This document shows, one piece after another, positions 7,684-17,355 of a stretch of DNA of 31,147 nucleotides; positions within the stretch are counted from its first letter, which is position 1; every line of letters starts with the position of its first letter. This DNA comes from a virus: the UHGV virus genome UHGV-0038737; one strand, written 5' to 3'. The position numbers were made by a program, and so were the translations under genes. The notes below the pieces were generated by a model. The model was not told the DNA's origin. It worked only from the letters and a program-made list of their open reading frames with translations, and searched no databases.

Positions 7684-8274
7684 CTACTGCTGATCTTCGA
7701 CATAAATTCCGGCAGAAATAATTGCCCCGCCGATTCTCCGGCGGCCGTACAGGAGCGGAACCGGGTAACCCTGTGCGGCGGTATTTGTGACTCCGCCGAA
7801 CGCGTATGAGGCGCGGTTATCTGAGCTCTGTTTGCTGGCCAGCCCCGCTGGTTGAGGGGAAAGCATCTGAACAACCCCGCCAATCATCATTGCGGCACCG
7901 AATTTGTATAAGAATGGTGATGCCGCAGCCCAGGGTGTGAAATTAAGCACCGCCCCAACGGCAACCAGAACTGCACCAAGTATTGTCTGGAGTAATCCGG
8001 CCTTTTTGCTCCCGATAATCACCGGGACAATGCGAATGACATCGCCGGTGACCGGGTAACCCAGGTCATCAACACCAATATTCTTTTTCCCTTTGAATAC
8101 TGAATAAGTGAGACCACGGCGTTGGCTGGAAATCATAAACTGCTCAAAGCCCGGTATAGTCTTTGCCAGCGCAACACTCGCTTCGTTCACGCGGGAAATC
8201 AGGCGATGGTGAACTTTACCGAATGTTTTCCCGAGCACGCCGCCAAGCTCAATCCGGGTCATTACTTCCTGCAT
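7684..8274 (-). CDS. I: Tail assembly protein I
   Basis: MTRIELGGVLGKTFG... and the C-terminal hydrophobic Gly/Ala-rich region resemble lambda gpI. Alternative start at 8262 overlaps the K stop as TAATG. Confidence 0.85.
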   Translation of the reverse strand: MQEVMTRIELGGVLGKTFGKVHHRLISRVNEASVALAKTIPGFEQFMISSQRRGLTYSVFKGKKNIGVDDLGYPVTGDVIRIVPVIIGSKKAGLLQTILGAVLVAVGAVLNFTPWAAASPFLYKFGAAMMIGGVVQMLSPQPAGLASKQSSDNRASYAFGGVTNTAAQGYPVPLLYGRRRIGGAIISAGIYVEDQQ

Positions 8275-8993
8275 GTTTCACCTGCCATTACATCTTTATA
8301 ACGAACGATTTTCATCGTGCGCTCCTGCCAGTATCCGCCATAAGGAACACGCTGACTCAGATGCCCATAAAGATGGTGCAGCAGCATGTTACCCTCCAGT
8401 AAAATCCCGGCATGATTCCACTTATCGGCCTGCACCTGCATGATGACGAGGTCCCCTTCCTGAGGCGGGCCATCAAACTCCCTGAATCCGCACTCGTACC
8501 AGCACTCCTGATAGAAATTGTCCGGGTAGTCGTTTTCCCACCAGGGATAATCCACCCGGTAATCGTGGAGCTCGATACAGTGGGTCTGCCGGAAATAGCT
8601 CATTACCAGACCCCAGCAATCGAAGTGGCCAAGCACGAACGGACGCTCCAGCAATGGCAGCTCCCCGCGTGGCTGAATGGTACGTAAATCCCCCTCTGGC
8701 CAGCTCACAATATGCCAGGGCAGCAGCGTTGCATCACACTGCGCCTTATCCAGCTCGCTGGCCTGCGTCGTCGCATCAGGATGGCTGTGAACAATGGCCA
8801 CCACCGTCCCCCAGTCTTCTGCCGCTGCGTAATCTTCGGGGGACAGGTGAAAATGTTCAGTCGGCTCTGCTGCGAGATTACGACAGGGAAAATAGCGCTC
8901 AACCCGGCTTTTCTGTGCCACCACGCCGCAGCACTCTCGCGGATATTCCGCTGCAGCGTGTGCCATGATGGCATCAATGGTTTTCTGGCGCAT
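8262..8993 (-). CDS. K: Tail assembly protein K (JAB/MPN plus NlpC/P60-like)
   Basis: MRQKTIDAIMAHAAAEYPRECCGVV...HSHP matches the lambda gpK N-terminus as recalled. ATG at 8993 with AGGAG RBS, 1 nt after the L stop. Confidence 0.9.
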   Translation of the reverse strand: MRQKTIDAIMAHAAAEYPRECCGVVAQKSRVERYFPCRNLAAEPTEHFHLSPEDYAAAEDWGTVVAIVHSHPDATTQASELDKAQCDATLLPWHIVSWPEGDLRTIQPRGELPLLERPFVLGHFDCWGLVMSYFRQTHCIELHDYRVDYPWWENDYPDNFYQECWYECGFREFDGPPQEGDLVIMQVQADKWNHAGILLEGNMLLHHLYGHLSQRVPYGGYWQERTMKIVRYKDVMAGETCRK

Positions 8994-8994
8994 A

Positions 8995-9750
8995 TCAGCT
9001 CCTGATAAGAGATGTACCGGGGAAACCGCCAAACGGCAGCTCGTTGCTGTCTCCGTGCCGGAGCTTGCAGGCCGTCAGCGTGCCGTTGCAGACATCCAGC
9101 GATGGATCGTCAACCGGATTATTGTTTTTGTCGAAATAGCGCGTTCCGGCATAGTCGCAGCCGTCGCCGGTCCGGTACTTGTTCCGGATGCACCAGCTGC
9201 ATAACGAATGCAGCTGCCGCGTGGGTATCATCTGGCCCTGTAAATCCATCGGACTGGAAAGCGTAAATTCAACAGATTCATCCGTCTCGGTGCTTCTGGC
9301 ATCGATATAAAAGACCTTCAGCTTTTCCTGTGACGGGTCTGCAGTGGGATTGCCCTGCGGAAAATTTCTGGCGTCCAGATACTGTGCCAGCGTGTCGTGG
9401 ATACTCACTTTCGCCTGCAGCAGATCGTCATACGCCAGACAGAGCGCTGAGATCGAGCTGTCCAGGTTCGCCACACTCAGTTTTGGCTGTGGACTGGTAC
9501 CGTCCGTAGTCGCTTCAATACCCTCAACCTGACACGGCCAGGCTTTATACTCCTCCCCCTGCCACCAGATGGACTTCGCCGGAAGTTTATTCTCATCCCC
9601 GCCTGCAGCCTCAATCTCTTCCGGGGTATGCGCGATATTATGTGCGTGGAAGCGGAGTACATCTGACATACCGAACGCTGTGCCATCGACAGAAAAAAGC
9701 CGGACTTCATTGCCCGGCTCGAGTTTTTGATAATCAGCATTAAGACTCAT
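8995..9750 (-). CDS. L: Minor tail protein L
   Basis: 251 aa, gpL-like, with a C-terminal Cys cluster. ATGA overlap with the M stop. Confidence 0.9.
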   Translation of the reverse strand: MSLNADYQKLEPGNEVRLFSVDGTAFGMSDVLRFHAHNIAHTPEEIEAAGGDENKLPAKSIWWQGEEYKAWPCQVEGIEATTDGTSPQPKLSVANLDSSISALCLAYDDLLQAKVSIHDTLAQYLDARNFPQGNPTADPSQEKLKVFYIDARSTETDESVEFTLSSPMDLQGQMIPTRQLHSLCSWCIRNKYRTGDGCDYAGTRYFDKNNNPVDDPSLDVCNGTLTACKLRHGDSNELPFGGFPGTSLIRS

Positions 9751-10094
9751 GGTGCAAATGCCTGTTCAAACGTTGCGGTTACGGTTATCACTTTTACGTT
9801 TTTAACCACCTTTTTGAGCGTGTCAGCCTCGACACGCCACAGCGCGGTATCGCCGAAAGGCGGTGTGAAAATAAACGACTTCACTTTATGCCGCCGAAGG
9901 AAAGCGTGAATTTCATTCGCTGTAGTCGGATCCCCTGAAAAGGAATATTCATAGGTACGAATCTCATCATTCAGGCCGGAGCCGCTCACCTGTGCGTACC
10001 CGTCGCCGAACTGAACCTTCCTGACTGTGTCTTTGCTTCCCTCGGTGGGCTGGCTGGAAACCTTAATGCCCCAGGGGAATGTTTCTATCGTCAT
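9747..10094 (-). CDS. M: Minor tail protein M
   Basis: 115 aa, gpM-like, placed between tape measure and L. Confidence 0.9.
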   Translation of the reverse strand: MTIETFPWGIKVSSQPTEGSKDTVRKVQFGDGYAQVSGSGLNDEIRTYEYSFSGDPTTANEIHAFLRRHKVKSFIFTPPFGDTALWRVEADTLKKVVKNVKVITVTATFEQAFAP

Positions 10095-10099
10095 AACTG

Positions 10100-12616
10100 T
10101 TACCTGCGATTGGTCGCATTCCAGATAAGCCCACCGGGCTGGATTGCCCTGGCGATACCCTCGTTGACAGATTTGTTAATCACCTGCTGATACGCCTTAC
10201 CCAGCCTGTCTCCGTCGTTTTGCTGCTGTGCGTTACCGGAAGCATTCTCGACCGTCACCGGCGCGTACACGCTCACCCCGAAAGGTGCTGCAGCGGGACC
10301 TGTACCACCGCCCCCGACATACCCACCCGTGGCATACCCTTTCATCATCCGGTAAAGATTGCCGACGCCGATCCGGCTGGTAGCCTCTTTGGTGAAAACA
10401 AATTCACCACGGTGAACGACACCTGCAGGTTCATATTTCCCGCCTGAACCGGTATAACCGCCACCTGCAAATCCCAGCGCGGTTGTCGCTGAATCCACCA
10501 GGCCTACCATCGCCTGTTTCAGCAGGATCTGTGTCAGCATGGAGAGCGTGGAGCGGGTGAAGTCAGCCCAGTCAGCCTTACCGCGCGTCAGCATGTCAGC
10601 CATATTTTGCCCGATTCCATCAAACGTACTGGTAGCAGCCGACTTCATCTGGCCATAAGCATCTGAAGCAGAATCAACATAATCTGCCCATGCGGATTTG
10701 GCCCCGGATTGCCAGTCGTCCCGCAGCTTATCCTGCTCGGCGTAATACGCCTGCAGCGCCTGCAACTCATTCTGATAACCAGCGTCGTTCTCCGAACCGC
10801 CACCATTTTTCCACCCCTGAAGAAGCTGGGCCTCCTCGTTGCGGCGTTGTGCTGCACGACTGCTCATACCAGCACTTTCCGCCAGGGCCCTGGTTTTCTC
10901 GCCGATCTGCGTGACGTATTTTTGGGACGTATCCTGCAGGCGGTTAAGCCGCTCCTGCGCCACTATCTGATCGCCAAGCTTCGCGTTCAGCTCTGCACGG
11001 GAAAGCACCTCGCTTTTACTGGCCAGCAGGGATTTTTCCTCAGCAGAAAGCGTCCGGGTCTTCGCGGCCTCTTCCAGAACTGTAAACCGGGACTGTTGAC
11101 GCCACAGCTCCTGACGCTGCTGACTGATGGTGTCATTTATCCCCTTATGCTCCTGCAGGGTGCGCAACTGTGCCTGCAGCTCCAGCGTCTGGGCGCTGGC
11201 CGTATCGGTTGCACGGGCACCTGCGGGGGTTCTGATTGCCGGGGTCTTCTTCGGCTTTTTAAGGGTGTCTTCGTACTCTTTTTTCGCGGCAGCCAGGTTG
11301 ATGTTGTAGTCAGCCTGGAGGATTCGCCCCTCTTTCAGCGCCTTGTTGAGCTCGCTCTGCCTGGCCGTGTATTTCTCCAGTGCCGTCTGCGTTTTGGCAT
11401 AGTTTGCCTGAGCCTGCGCAGCATACTTCTGGCGATCCGATTCCGCAGCCGCTTCGCGCGAAGCATTCTCTTCATTCGCCCTGGCAATTCCCGCCTGCTG
11501 CTGAGCCATGTCCAGCGCCAGCCTGGCCGTTTCGCGATCATTCCAGAATCGGGCGCGGGCCTCATCATTGACATATCGGTCACCTTTACGCAGGTTCCAG
11601 ATTTCATCGGCTTTTTTGAACGCGGCTTCGGCTTTTGCCACCATCTCCTGCGCGGTGTCAGGTCGGCCAATATCGAGGGCTGCATCCCACATCGACTTGA
11701 AGGCGCGCCTCAGGGAGTCCGCTGAAGACTCTATCGTCCCCATATTGTCGCGGATGGCTTTGGTCTGATCGTTGAATCCGGCTGTAGCCGCCTCGTTAGC
11801 CGCCTGCAGTGCGCCAGCCTCATCACCGGCACGCTGCAGCTGCGCCACATGGGCAATCTGTTCTGCGGTAACGTTATGGAACTGCTGGGCCATCGCGATC
11901 AGGCCCGATGTCGGGTCAGTTGCGAGCTTGCCGTAGGCTGCAGCGACTTTCTCCACCGGCACGCCGGAGGCATCAGTAAACCGCGCCACCGCCTGGCTCA
12001 TTTCATCAAAGCGCGAGCCAGTACGCACACCTGCATTGATAAGCTCGGTCAGGGCTTCACTGGTCTGGTTGAACGTTAGCCCCGCTGCCTGTCCGTTCCG
12101 CGCCAGTGCCAGCATGCGGTCAGCTGTCAGTCCGGCTGTGTTCCCCGACAGTACCAGCGTTTTGTTGAAATCAGACAGAGTGGAAGAGCCATGGTACCAG
12201 GCATAGAACAACGCGCCCGTTGCAACGGACAATGCACCAATGCCGACCATCAACGGGGAAATCGTCCCCAGTAACGCCCGGAATGTCGGAATGATCCCGC
12301 CAAAGGAGTCCTTAACCTGACCGCCCTGCTGAAGCAGAATCAGCCAGGGGTTCTGCCCACCCGCCAGCTGCGTGGCCACGTCAGTAAACTGCGCCGGGAG
12401 CATACGCATCGCTGCGTTATACTGACCCACTGAAATACCGGCCTTACGCGCGGCGTTCTCCTGGCGGCTGAAGGACTGCTGGATACGTAACGCTTCATCG
12501 TTTGCCGTATTGCCGGTCTGTTTTAATTCTTTTTTGACGTAGCTGAGCTGCTCGTTGAATTTTGTCGAGTTAACGTCAAGGTTAACGACCAGATCACCGA
12601 CTGCCGTCTGGGCCAT
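10100..12616 (-). CDS. H: Tail tape measure protein H
   Basis: 838 aa, Ala/Gln-rich coiled-coil composition with a Gly-rich C-terminus. Strong AGGAGG RBS. Confidence 0.9.
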   Translation of the reverse strand: MAQTAVGDLVVNLDVNSTKFNEQLSYVKKELKQTGNTANDEALRIQQSFSRQENAARKAGISVGQYNAAMRMLPAQFTDVATQLAGGQNPWLILLQQGGQVKDSFGGIIPTFRALLGTISPLMVGIGALSVATGALFYAWYHGSSTLSDFNKTLVLSGNTAGLTADRMLALARNGQAAGLTFNQTSEALTELINAGVRTGSRFDEMSQAVARFTDASGVPVEKVAAAYGKLATDPTSGLIAMAQQFHNVTAEQIAHVAQLQRAGDEAGALQAANEAATAGFNDQTKAIRDNMGTIESSADSLRRAFKSMWDAALDIGRPDTAQEMVAKAEAAFKKADEIWNLRKGDRYVNDEARARFWNDRETARLALDMAQQQAGIARANEENASREAAAESDRQKYAAQAQANYAKTQTALEKYTARQSELNKALKEGRILQADYNINLAAAKKEYEDTLKKPKKTPAIRTPAGARATDTASAQTLELQAQLRTLQEHKGINDTISQQRQELWRQQSRFTVLEEAAKTRTLSAEEKSLLASKSEVLSRAELNAKLGDQIVAQERLNRLQDTSQKYVTQIGEKTRALAESAGMSSRAAQRRNEEAQLLQGWKNGGGSENDAGYQNELQALQAYYAEQDKLRDDWQSGAKSAWADYVDSASDAYGQMKSAATSTFDGIGQNMADMLTRGKADWADFTRSTLSMLTQILLKQAMVGLVDSATTALGFAGGGYTGSGGKYEPAGVVHRGEFVFTKEATSRIGVGNLYRMMKGYATGGYVGGGGTGPAAAPFGVSVYAPVTVENASGNAQQQNDGDRLGKAYQQVINKSVNEGIARAIQPGGLIWNATNRR

Positions 12617-12914
12617 AGCGCACGCCTCCTGAAATACCTGCAGCCTTCGCCATCAGCGTATCGTCATCCGGATCATCGATGTCGATGGCTTCCGGTGCAG
12701 AGGAAAGAATGCTGAAACTGTCCGGGGTTAACTCCGGATCGGCAAAAAACAGGGTTGAGATGGTGTAGAGCAAGCCGGAGAAATGTGCGTCCAGCTGCGC
12801 ATCATGAAAGTAATTGTCCTGGTAGAAGATTTTCCAGTCGCCGTATTCCGTTGAGGACATGCCAGCAAGCATGGCACGCCAGTCCGGGCGACCGAACTCA
12901 CGCGCCAGTTTCAT
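12594..12914 (-). CDS. T: Tail assembly chaperone T segment (G-T fusion by -1 frameshift)
   Basis: The -1 frame relative to G is open from 12959 and overlaps the G 3' end. Product carries an acidic C-terminus, as in lambda gpT. Coordinates are those of the ATG-delimited ORF; the fusion would join within 12941-12947. Confidence 0.7.
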   Translation of the reverse strand: MKLAREFGRPDWRAMLAGMSSTEYGDWKIFYQDNYFHDAQLDAHFSGLLYTISTLFFADPELTPDSFSILSSAPEAIDIDDPDDDTLMAKAAGISGGVRYGPDGSR

Positions 12915-12922
12915 GGCAAACT

Positions 12923-13345
12923 TCAGCTCACTGGCGAGGGCTTTTCCGCAGTAACAGGTTCAGCGGGTTCATTACGTTCTTCACCGGGCTCAGCCTGGTC
13001 ATCAGTGACCGGCGCAATCATCCCGGACAGGAGTTTCACCTTATATTCGGCTTCGGCAACAAGTTCGGTCGGCCATGTCTGCATGACCTCATCCTGAATC
13101 TGCTCCACTTCCGCCGCCGCGTTTTCTCCCTGCGATCCTTTAAGCGCGTGGCCATGCCAGAGTGACATTGCCACCAGATATGCTCCACTCTTCACGGTAA
13201 GGGTAATGGCAGCCTGAAAATCACCAGCTTCAACCGCCTCAAGTTGTTTCAGGTATTCGAGGTATTCAATACGCTGCAGCGCCGACAGCTGGAACAATGT
13301 GACGCTGCTGCCGTTACTTTCAAGCAGCTCGCTCTTTAGAAACAT
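12923..13345 (-). CDS. G: Tail assembly chaperone G
   Basis: 140 aa between V and T. GGAG RBS. Ends ...PVTAEKPSPVS*. Confidence 0.8.
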   Translation of the reverse strand: MFLKSELLESNGSSVTLFQLSALQRIEYLEYLKQLEAVEAGDFQAAITLTVKSGAYLVAMSLWHGHALKGSQGENAAAEVEQIQDEVMQTWPTELVAEAEYKVKLLSGMIAPVTDDQAEPGEERNEPAEPVTAEKPSPVS

Positions 13346-13361
13346 AATTACTCCGGGGGAA

Positions 13362-13377
13362 CGGGGCTTTCGCCCCG
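13362..13377 (-). promoter_or_regulatory. GNRA-tetraloop hairpin between V and G
   Basis: Minus-strand RNA CGGGGC-GAAA-GCCCCG in the 36-nt V-G spacer, just upstream of the G SD. Confidence 0.45.
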
Positions 13378-13381
13378 GTTA

Positions 13382-14119
13382 TCAGGAAACAGTGACTTTG
13401 CAGATCGCCACAAAGTTACCGTCATTGCTCATGACGATGATTTCGACGGTGCCCGCCGCCACGCCGGTGACAGTCAGGGTATTGCCGTTAACGGTGACCG
13501 TTGCTTTTGAAGGATCAGAGCTGGCTACGCGGAAGGATTTATCTGACGCACTGGCCGGCAGGACAGAAACCACCAGTTGCGTTGTGGCTGCGACCGCGAC
13601 AGCTGCAGTAGATTTATCCAGACTGATCCCCGTGACAGCAATCGGCGCGGTACCGCCGTCCTCTGCCAGCGACGGTTTGCCGTTGTTTGTGATTTTGGCC
13701 GTGCGGGTCATGACCTCTTTGGAAGTAATGGTTTTACCGAGGCTGCTCACCCAGCCATTAAACACATCGACAACACCATTTGGGTATTTGATTTTATATC
13801 CCCTCACGGTGCCCTCATCGAACCAGTTCACCAGGTCCTGCTGACCGGAATCTCCCGGCATCCACGCGAGCGTCAGATTGGTTTCACCGGCTGATTTCTG
13901 CCCCTGCATCGTTGATGTCCAGTCAGCATTTTCATCATCGATGTAGGTGTCATCTTCAGATTCAGCCGTCAGTTCACCGGGCTGCAGGTCTTTAATCTTT
14001 GCCAGGCGCAGCCAGTCAACGTCTGAAAGCGGGTTGGCATAGGGGTCACCGGTTCCGGTGTAAACCCATAGGGTGGTACCAGCACCTTTTGTTGGTGCCA
14101 GCGGGTTTGGTGTGGCCAT
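13382..14119 (-). CDS. V: Major tail protein V with C-terminal Ig-like domain
   Basis: [45 protein letters not shown]... is close to lambda gpV as recalled. Confidence 0.92.
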   Translation of the reverse strand: MATPNPLAPTKGAGTTLWVYTGTGDPYANPLSDVDWLRLAKIKDLQPGELTAESEDDTYIDDENADWTSTMQGQKSAGETNLTLAWMPGDSGQQDLVNWFDEGTVRGYKIKYPNGVVDVFNGWVSSLGKTITSKEVMTRTAKITNNGKPSLAEDGGTAPIAVTGISLDKSTAAVAVAATTQLVVSVLPASASDKSFRVASSDPSKATVTVNGNTLTVTGVAAGTVEIIVMSNDGNFVAICKVTVS

Positions 14120-14126
14120 AGGGTCC

Positions 14127-14525
14127 TCACATGTCGTAAGTAATGGAATATTTCAGGTCGGCAGAACTCCACAGCGCCATATCGTCATCGCGCTGGTAGT
14201 CATAACCCTGCTGAACCATTGTGGTGATAAGGGATTCAAGACCCGGAACCTCTGCGAGAACCGGATACACTCTCGTCTCCATCCAGTCATCCAGATCAGA
14301 ATCAGGTACCTGAGCCTCAAGAAAGACTTCGATATGCAGAATGGCCTGCCAGCTATCGGCGTCCAGTTCTTCCCCTGTGTATTCCGCATCTGTCAGGTAG
14401 ACGGCAACAGCGGGAAAATCACCCTCTTCGAGCACTGCAGGTCTGCCGTCAAAATAAATGACATCAGTACCAATCGCGCTTTCCAGCGCGTCAATAATCA
14501 CCTTGCGAATATCGCTGTGTTTCAT
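14127..14525 (-). CDS. U: Tail terminator protein U
   Basis: 132 aa between Z and V, matching lambda order and size. Confidence 0.85.
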   Translation of the reverse strand: MKHSDIRKVIIDALESAIGTDVIYFDGRPAVLEEGDFPAVAVYLTDAEYTGEELDADSWQAILHIEVFLEAQVPDSDLDDWMETRVYPVLAEVPGLESLITTMVQQGYDYQRDDDMALWSSADLKYSITYDM

Positions 14526-15076
14526 CGTGTCAGAATTAACCTGAGTTGGTTGGTAAGGGATGCCCGGAGCTCTTTGGGCATATCTGACTCCATGAGCTTC
14601 GGCAGTTCTTCTTTAAATGCCGTAGTTAATGGAGCTGCCAGCGGGATGCTGACCACTTCAATGGGGTAACGAGGTTTTGAAGTCCGCCTCATGACATGCC
14701 AGCGACCATTTTTAAGTTGCTGGATAAAGCCGCCCGGAAAACGAAATGGCCCTATGCGCAGAACGCTGTTGGCCCCTTTCTTGTCCCGTTTTCTGCGGGA
14801 AAGTCGCACGCTTGCGGTACCGAGTTTAATGGCCGGTAAATTTCCCCGGTTTACCCGGATAAGTGCACGAGGTCTATTGACCGTCGCACGCTTCACCCTG
14901 GCGCGTTGCTTTACCAGTTTTCGCGGTACGCGCGTATCTTTTGATACGACTGCCACGCTGCGGCTGACGGCCCGGTTTGCCACGCGGTTAACGGCCTGCG
15001 CCGATGCCCGCGGAACAGCCGTTTTGCTGATGCTGTTAAGGTTTTCTATGGCCTGTTCAAGGCCTTTTATGGACAT
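14522..15076 (-). CDS. Z: Tail completion protein Z
   Basis: 184 aa, basic, between FII and U. AAGGAG RBS. Confidence 0.85.
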   Translation of the reverse strand: MSIKGLEQAIENLNSISKTAVPRASAQAVNRVANRAVSRSVAVVSKDTRVPRKLVKQRARVKRATVNRPRALIRVNRGNLPAIKLGTASVRLSRRKRDKKGANSVLRIGPFRFPGGFIQQLKNGRWHVMRRTSKPRYPIEVVSIPLAAPLTTAFKEELPKLMESDMPKELRASLTNQLRLILTR

Positions 15077-15085
15077 ATGCGCTCC

Positions 15086-15439
15086 TTAACGGCGACGCGA
15101 AGATGCAGGTGGAGAGCCGTTACCCAGACAGATATGACAGGAGCCACAGTCATCCGGACCAATACGTTCAACCCAGAATTGCCGACCGTTAATCGTCAGC
15201 GTGTCCATACGCTGCAGCTGCCTGACAGTGGCGGTTTCCACAAACAGGGTCGGGCTGGTTCCTTCAACACGAATCCCGGCACCGGCATATCCGATATTTT
15301 CTGGATCATCGAATACACCGACCAGGGTGGCACCTGACAAAGCGCCTGACATCACCTTTGCCTCTGTGCCCATCACACCACGGATAGCGCTATCAGCTCG
15401 CGACATGGCCTCGTCAAAGAGATTATCGAAATCAGCCAT
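15086..15439 (-). CDS. FII: Head-tail joining protein FII
   Basis: MADFDNLFDEAMSRADSAIRGVMGT...GPDDCGSCHICLGNGSPPASSRRR is near-identical in pattern to lambda gpFII (117 aa). Confidence 0.9.
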   Translation of the reverse strand: MADFDNLFDEAMSRADSAIRGVMGTEAKVMSGALSGATLVGVFDDPENIGYAGAGIRVEGTSPTLFVETATVRQLQRMDTLTINGRQFWVERIGPDDCGSCHICLGNGSPPASSRRR

Positions 15440-15449
15440 GTGGCCCCCT

Positions 15450-15875
15450 TCAGACTTCGAAAGCCAGCCCCTTTGCGATCAAGTCGTCGGCATCCTGTTC
15501 AGATACGCGGATAATCACACCAGGCTCTACGATAGATACCGGCTCGTTACGCGTGGCATGCAGAGCGTCAATATGCAGGGTGGCCAGCGTTTCTACTGAT
15601 ACCAGGTCACCCGTTGTGGCCGATTCCGTTTTTACTTTTGCCACGTTAGCAACATTGTTGTCGGTGCTGTCGGTGCTGTCGGTGCTGTCGGTGCTGTCGG
15701 AAGCATTCTGCACGCCGTTTTCACCGTCAACTGACCCGGCATTGCCATCCAGTTCCTCTTCAAGCTCAGCAATACGCATCGTCAGTTCCTGAATGGTGCC
15801 GCTGGTACTGACCTCGCGGTTAAGCTGGGTCCCAAGTTCATTCAGGCGGGCGACCAGCTTTTCTTTTTCTGTCAT
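15450..15875 (-). CDS. FI: DNA packaging protein FI
   Basis: MTEKEKLVARLNELGTQLNREVSTSGTIQEL...HIDALHATRNEPV resembles lambda gpFI. ATG at 15875 with GGAG RBS (the ORF track begins at 15911). Confidence 0.88.
   Translation of the reverse strand: MTEKEKLVARLNELGTQLNREVSTSGTIQELTMRIAELEEELDGNAGSVDGENGVQNASDSTDSTDSTDSTDNNVANVAKVKTESATTGDLVSVETLATLHIDALHATRNEPVSIVEPGVIIRVSEQDADDLIAKGLAFEV
15661..15696 (-). repeat. 9-bp tandem repeat (4 copies) inside FI encoding (Asp-Ser-Thr)n
   Basis: TCGGTGCTG x4 on the plus strand, read as GAC AGC ACC x4 on the coding strand (SDSTDSTDSTDSTD). Confidence 0.9.
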
Positions 15876-15920
15876 GGGAAATACTCCAGAAATGTGGCCC
15901 AACAGGGCCACTGGGGAAAG

Positions 15921-16946
15921 TTATGCCAGCTTGACTGAAACGAACGCGTCCGGATCTGGCAGCAGCATCAGCGGAGCTGACTGAATCATGGTGAACTCGC
16001 GAGCCGGGTCGCCCGTTTGCACCCAGTTTTTCGGATAGCGCGTTGAAGCATTAATGCCTTCGCGCTGTGCATCTGCATCCAGAATGCAGCCATAGGTACG
16101 CAGACCGCGCGCCTGGGTATTTCCCAGCACCATTGTCAGATCCGGCAGGTAGTTCTTTTTGACGTCATCCTCGATGTACTGACCGGAGTACACAACGATG
16201 GCAACGTCGCCATACATCCCCTTATATGAGACGGCCATTCCCAGGTCTTTTACGGCGGTTTCGAGCTCAGAGCTTGAACCGCGACGCGTATCCAGCTTTT
16301 CCTTCACCGCGTCAAAGGAGCGGAACAGCGCCCAGCCCTTTGGATCGAAGACGATAATGTTGACCACACCGCTGGCGTTAAGCGCGTACGCTTCAATATC
16401 ATCGGTCGGGTCGTACGTTTTTTTGTCGCGAGAAGACCAGGCAGCTGCACCCGCCTGGGTGATGTTGTTACCGGCACTGCGTCCCATATCAACTTCAACC
16501 GGCTCAAACGCTTCCCCGGTCATGGTGTATTTACCACTGAGGACTGCAGCAACGGCCTGCTTTTCTTCTACCTGCGCAATTGCAAGCTCTTCATCTTTCA
16601 TGTTCTGAAGAATGATGCGTCGGCGGCGATAGGCAGGGTCGGCCAGATTCTGTGGATCTTCATCAGGCAGGCGGCGGAGGGTCATCAGCGGATTCACTTC
16701 GTGTTTTGGCTTCACATACCCCGGCGTAAATTCCGACGTGCTGCCACCACGGGAACGAATCACTTTCCCGGAGACAATCGGCGATACGTACAGCGCCATA
16801 TTGACCATGCCCGGAATTTGCGACAGGTAGACTTTTTCTGTACTGAAGGGATAAGTTTCGCGAAAGAAGATACGCAGGAAGAGCGGATCGAACTTGAATT
16901 TCTTCTCATTGACCGCCAACAGTTGGGCCGTTGTGTAAATTGACAT
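15921..16946 (-). CDS. E: Major capsid protein E
   Basis: MSIYTTAQLLAVNEKKFKFDPLFLRIFFRETYPFSTEKVYLSQIPGMVNMALYVSPIVSG... is near-identical to lambda gpE as recalled. ATG at 16946. Confidence 0.95.
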   Translation of the reverse strand: MSIYTTAQLLAVNEKKFKFDPLFLRIFFRETYPFSTEKVYLSQIPGMVNMALYVSPIVSGKVIRSRGGSTSEFTPGYVKPKHEVNPLMTLRRLPDEDPQNLADPAYRRRRIILQNMKDEELAIAQVEEKQAVAAVLSGKYTMTGEAFEPVEVDMGRSAGNNITQAGAAAWSSRDKKTYDPTDDIEAYALNASGVVNIIVFDPKGWALFRSFDAVKEKLDTRRGSSSELETAVKDLGMAVSYKGMYGDVAIVVYSGQYIEDDVKKNYLPDLTMVLGNTQARGLRTYGCILDADAQREGINASTRYPKNWVQTGDPAREFTMIQSAPLMLLPDPDAFVSVKLA

Positions 16947-16957
16947 AGATGTTTCCC

Positions 16958-16983
16958 GTAAAAAAAGCCGCGATGGCGGCTTC
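16958..16983 (-). terminator. Hairpin with U-tract between D and E
   Basis: Minus-strand RNA AGCCGC-CAUC-GCGGCU followed by UUUUUUU, about 14 nt upstream of the E ATG. Confidence 0.45.
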
Positions 16984-17013
16984 TGTGGATGATGGTTAGT
17001 GTTAAGTCGGATG

Positions 17014-17346
17014 TCAGACGATACTGATGGCTGTACCTGCGAATGCGTTGCGTTTGATGTGTTCATCCGTCACCGCATCCGGCCAGAGCACATCTTCAAT
17101 ACGGAAAGAGCCGGACTTATAGAATGCCAGCTCAGTGCTGCTCTGGTCGGCAGACACCGCCAGAACGCCACAGGCAGCCCCCGCATGCTGGCCATCCCAG
17201 ACGGTCAGCTTGCCGGAAGTGGCATCCAGCATCAGGGGCGTCATCGCCGGTACTGCTTTCGTCAGTTCACCAGGTGCAAAACCGGTATGCGCCGGATCAC
17301 TGTTCCCGAGGGGCTGATTGTGCGTAAATTGTTCAGTGTTAGACAT
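17014..17346 (-). CDS. D: Head decoration protein D
   Basis: [26 protein letters not shown]...FAGTAISIV is very close to lambda gpD (110 aa). Confidence 0.93.
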   Translation of the reverse strand: MSNTEQFTHNQPLGNSDPAHTGFAPGELTKAVPAMTPLMLDATSGKLTVWDGQHAGAACGVLAVSADQSSTELAFYKSGSFRIEDVLWPDAVTDEHIKRNAFAGTAISIV

Positions 17347-17355
17347 GTTGACCTC

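Noticed and set aside
10709-11725. 338-aa plus-strand ORF inside the tape measure gene
   Set aside because: Antisense to gpH. Leu/Arg-rich translation typical of a reverse-strand artefact in GC-rich coding DNA.
15661-15696. Tandem repeat considered as a possible CRISPR or VNTR locus
   Set aside because: 9-bp units without spacers, in frame within FI. This is a coding repeat, not a CRISPR array.
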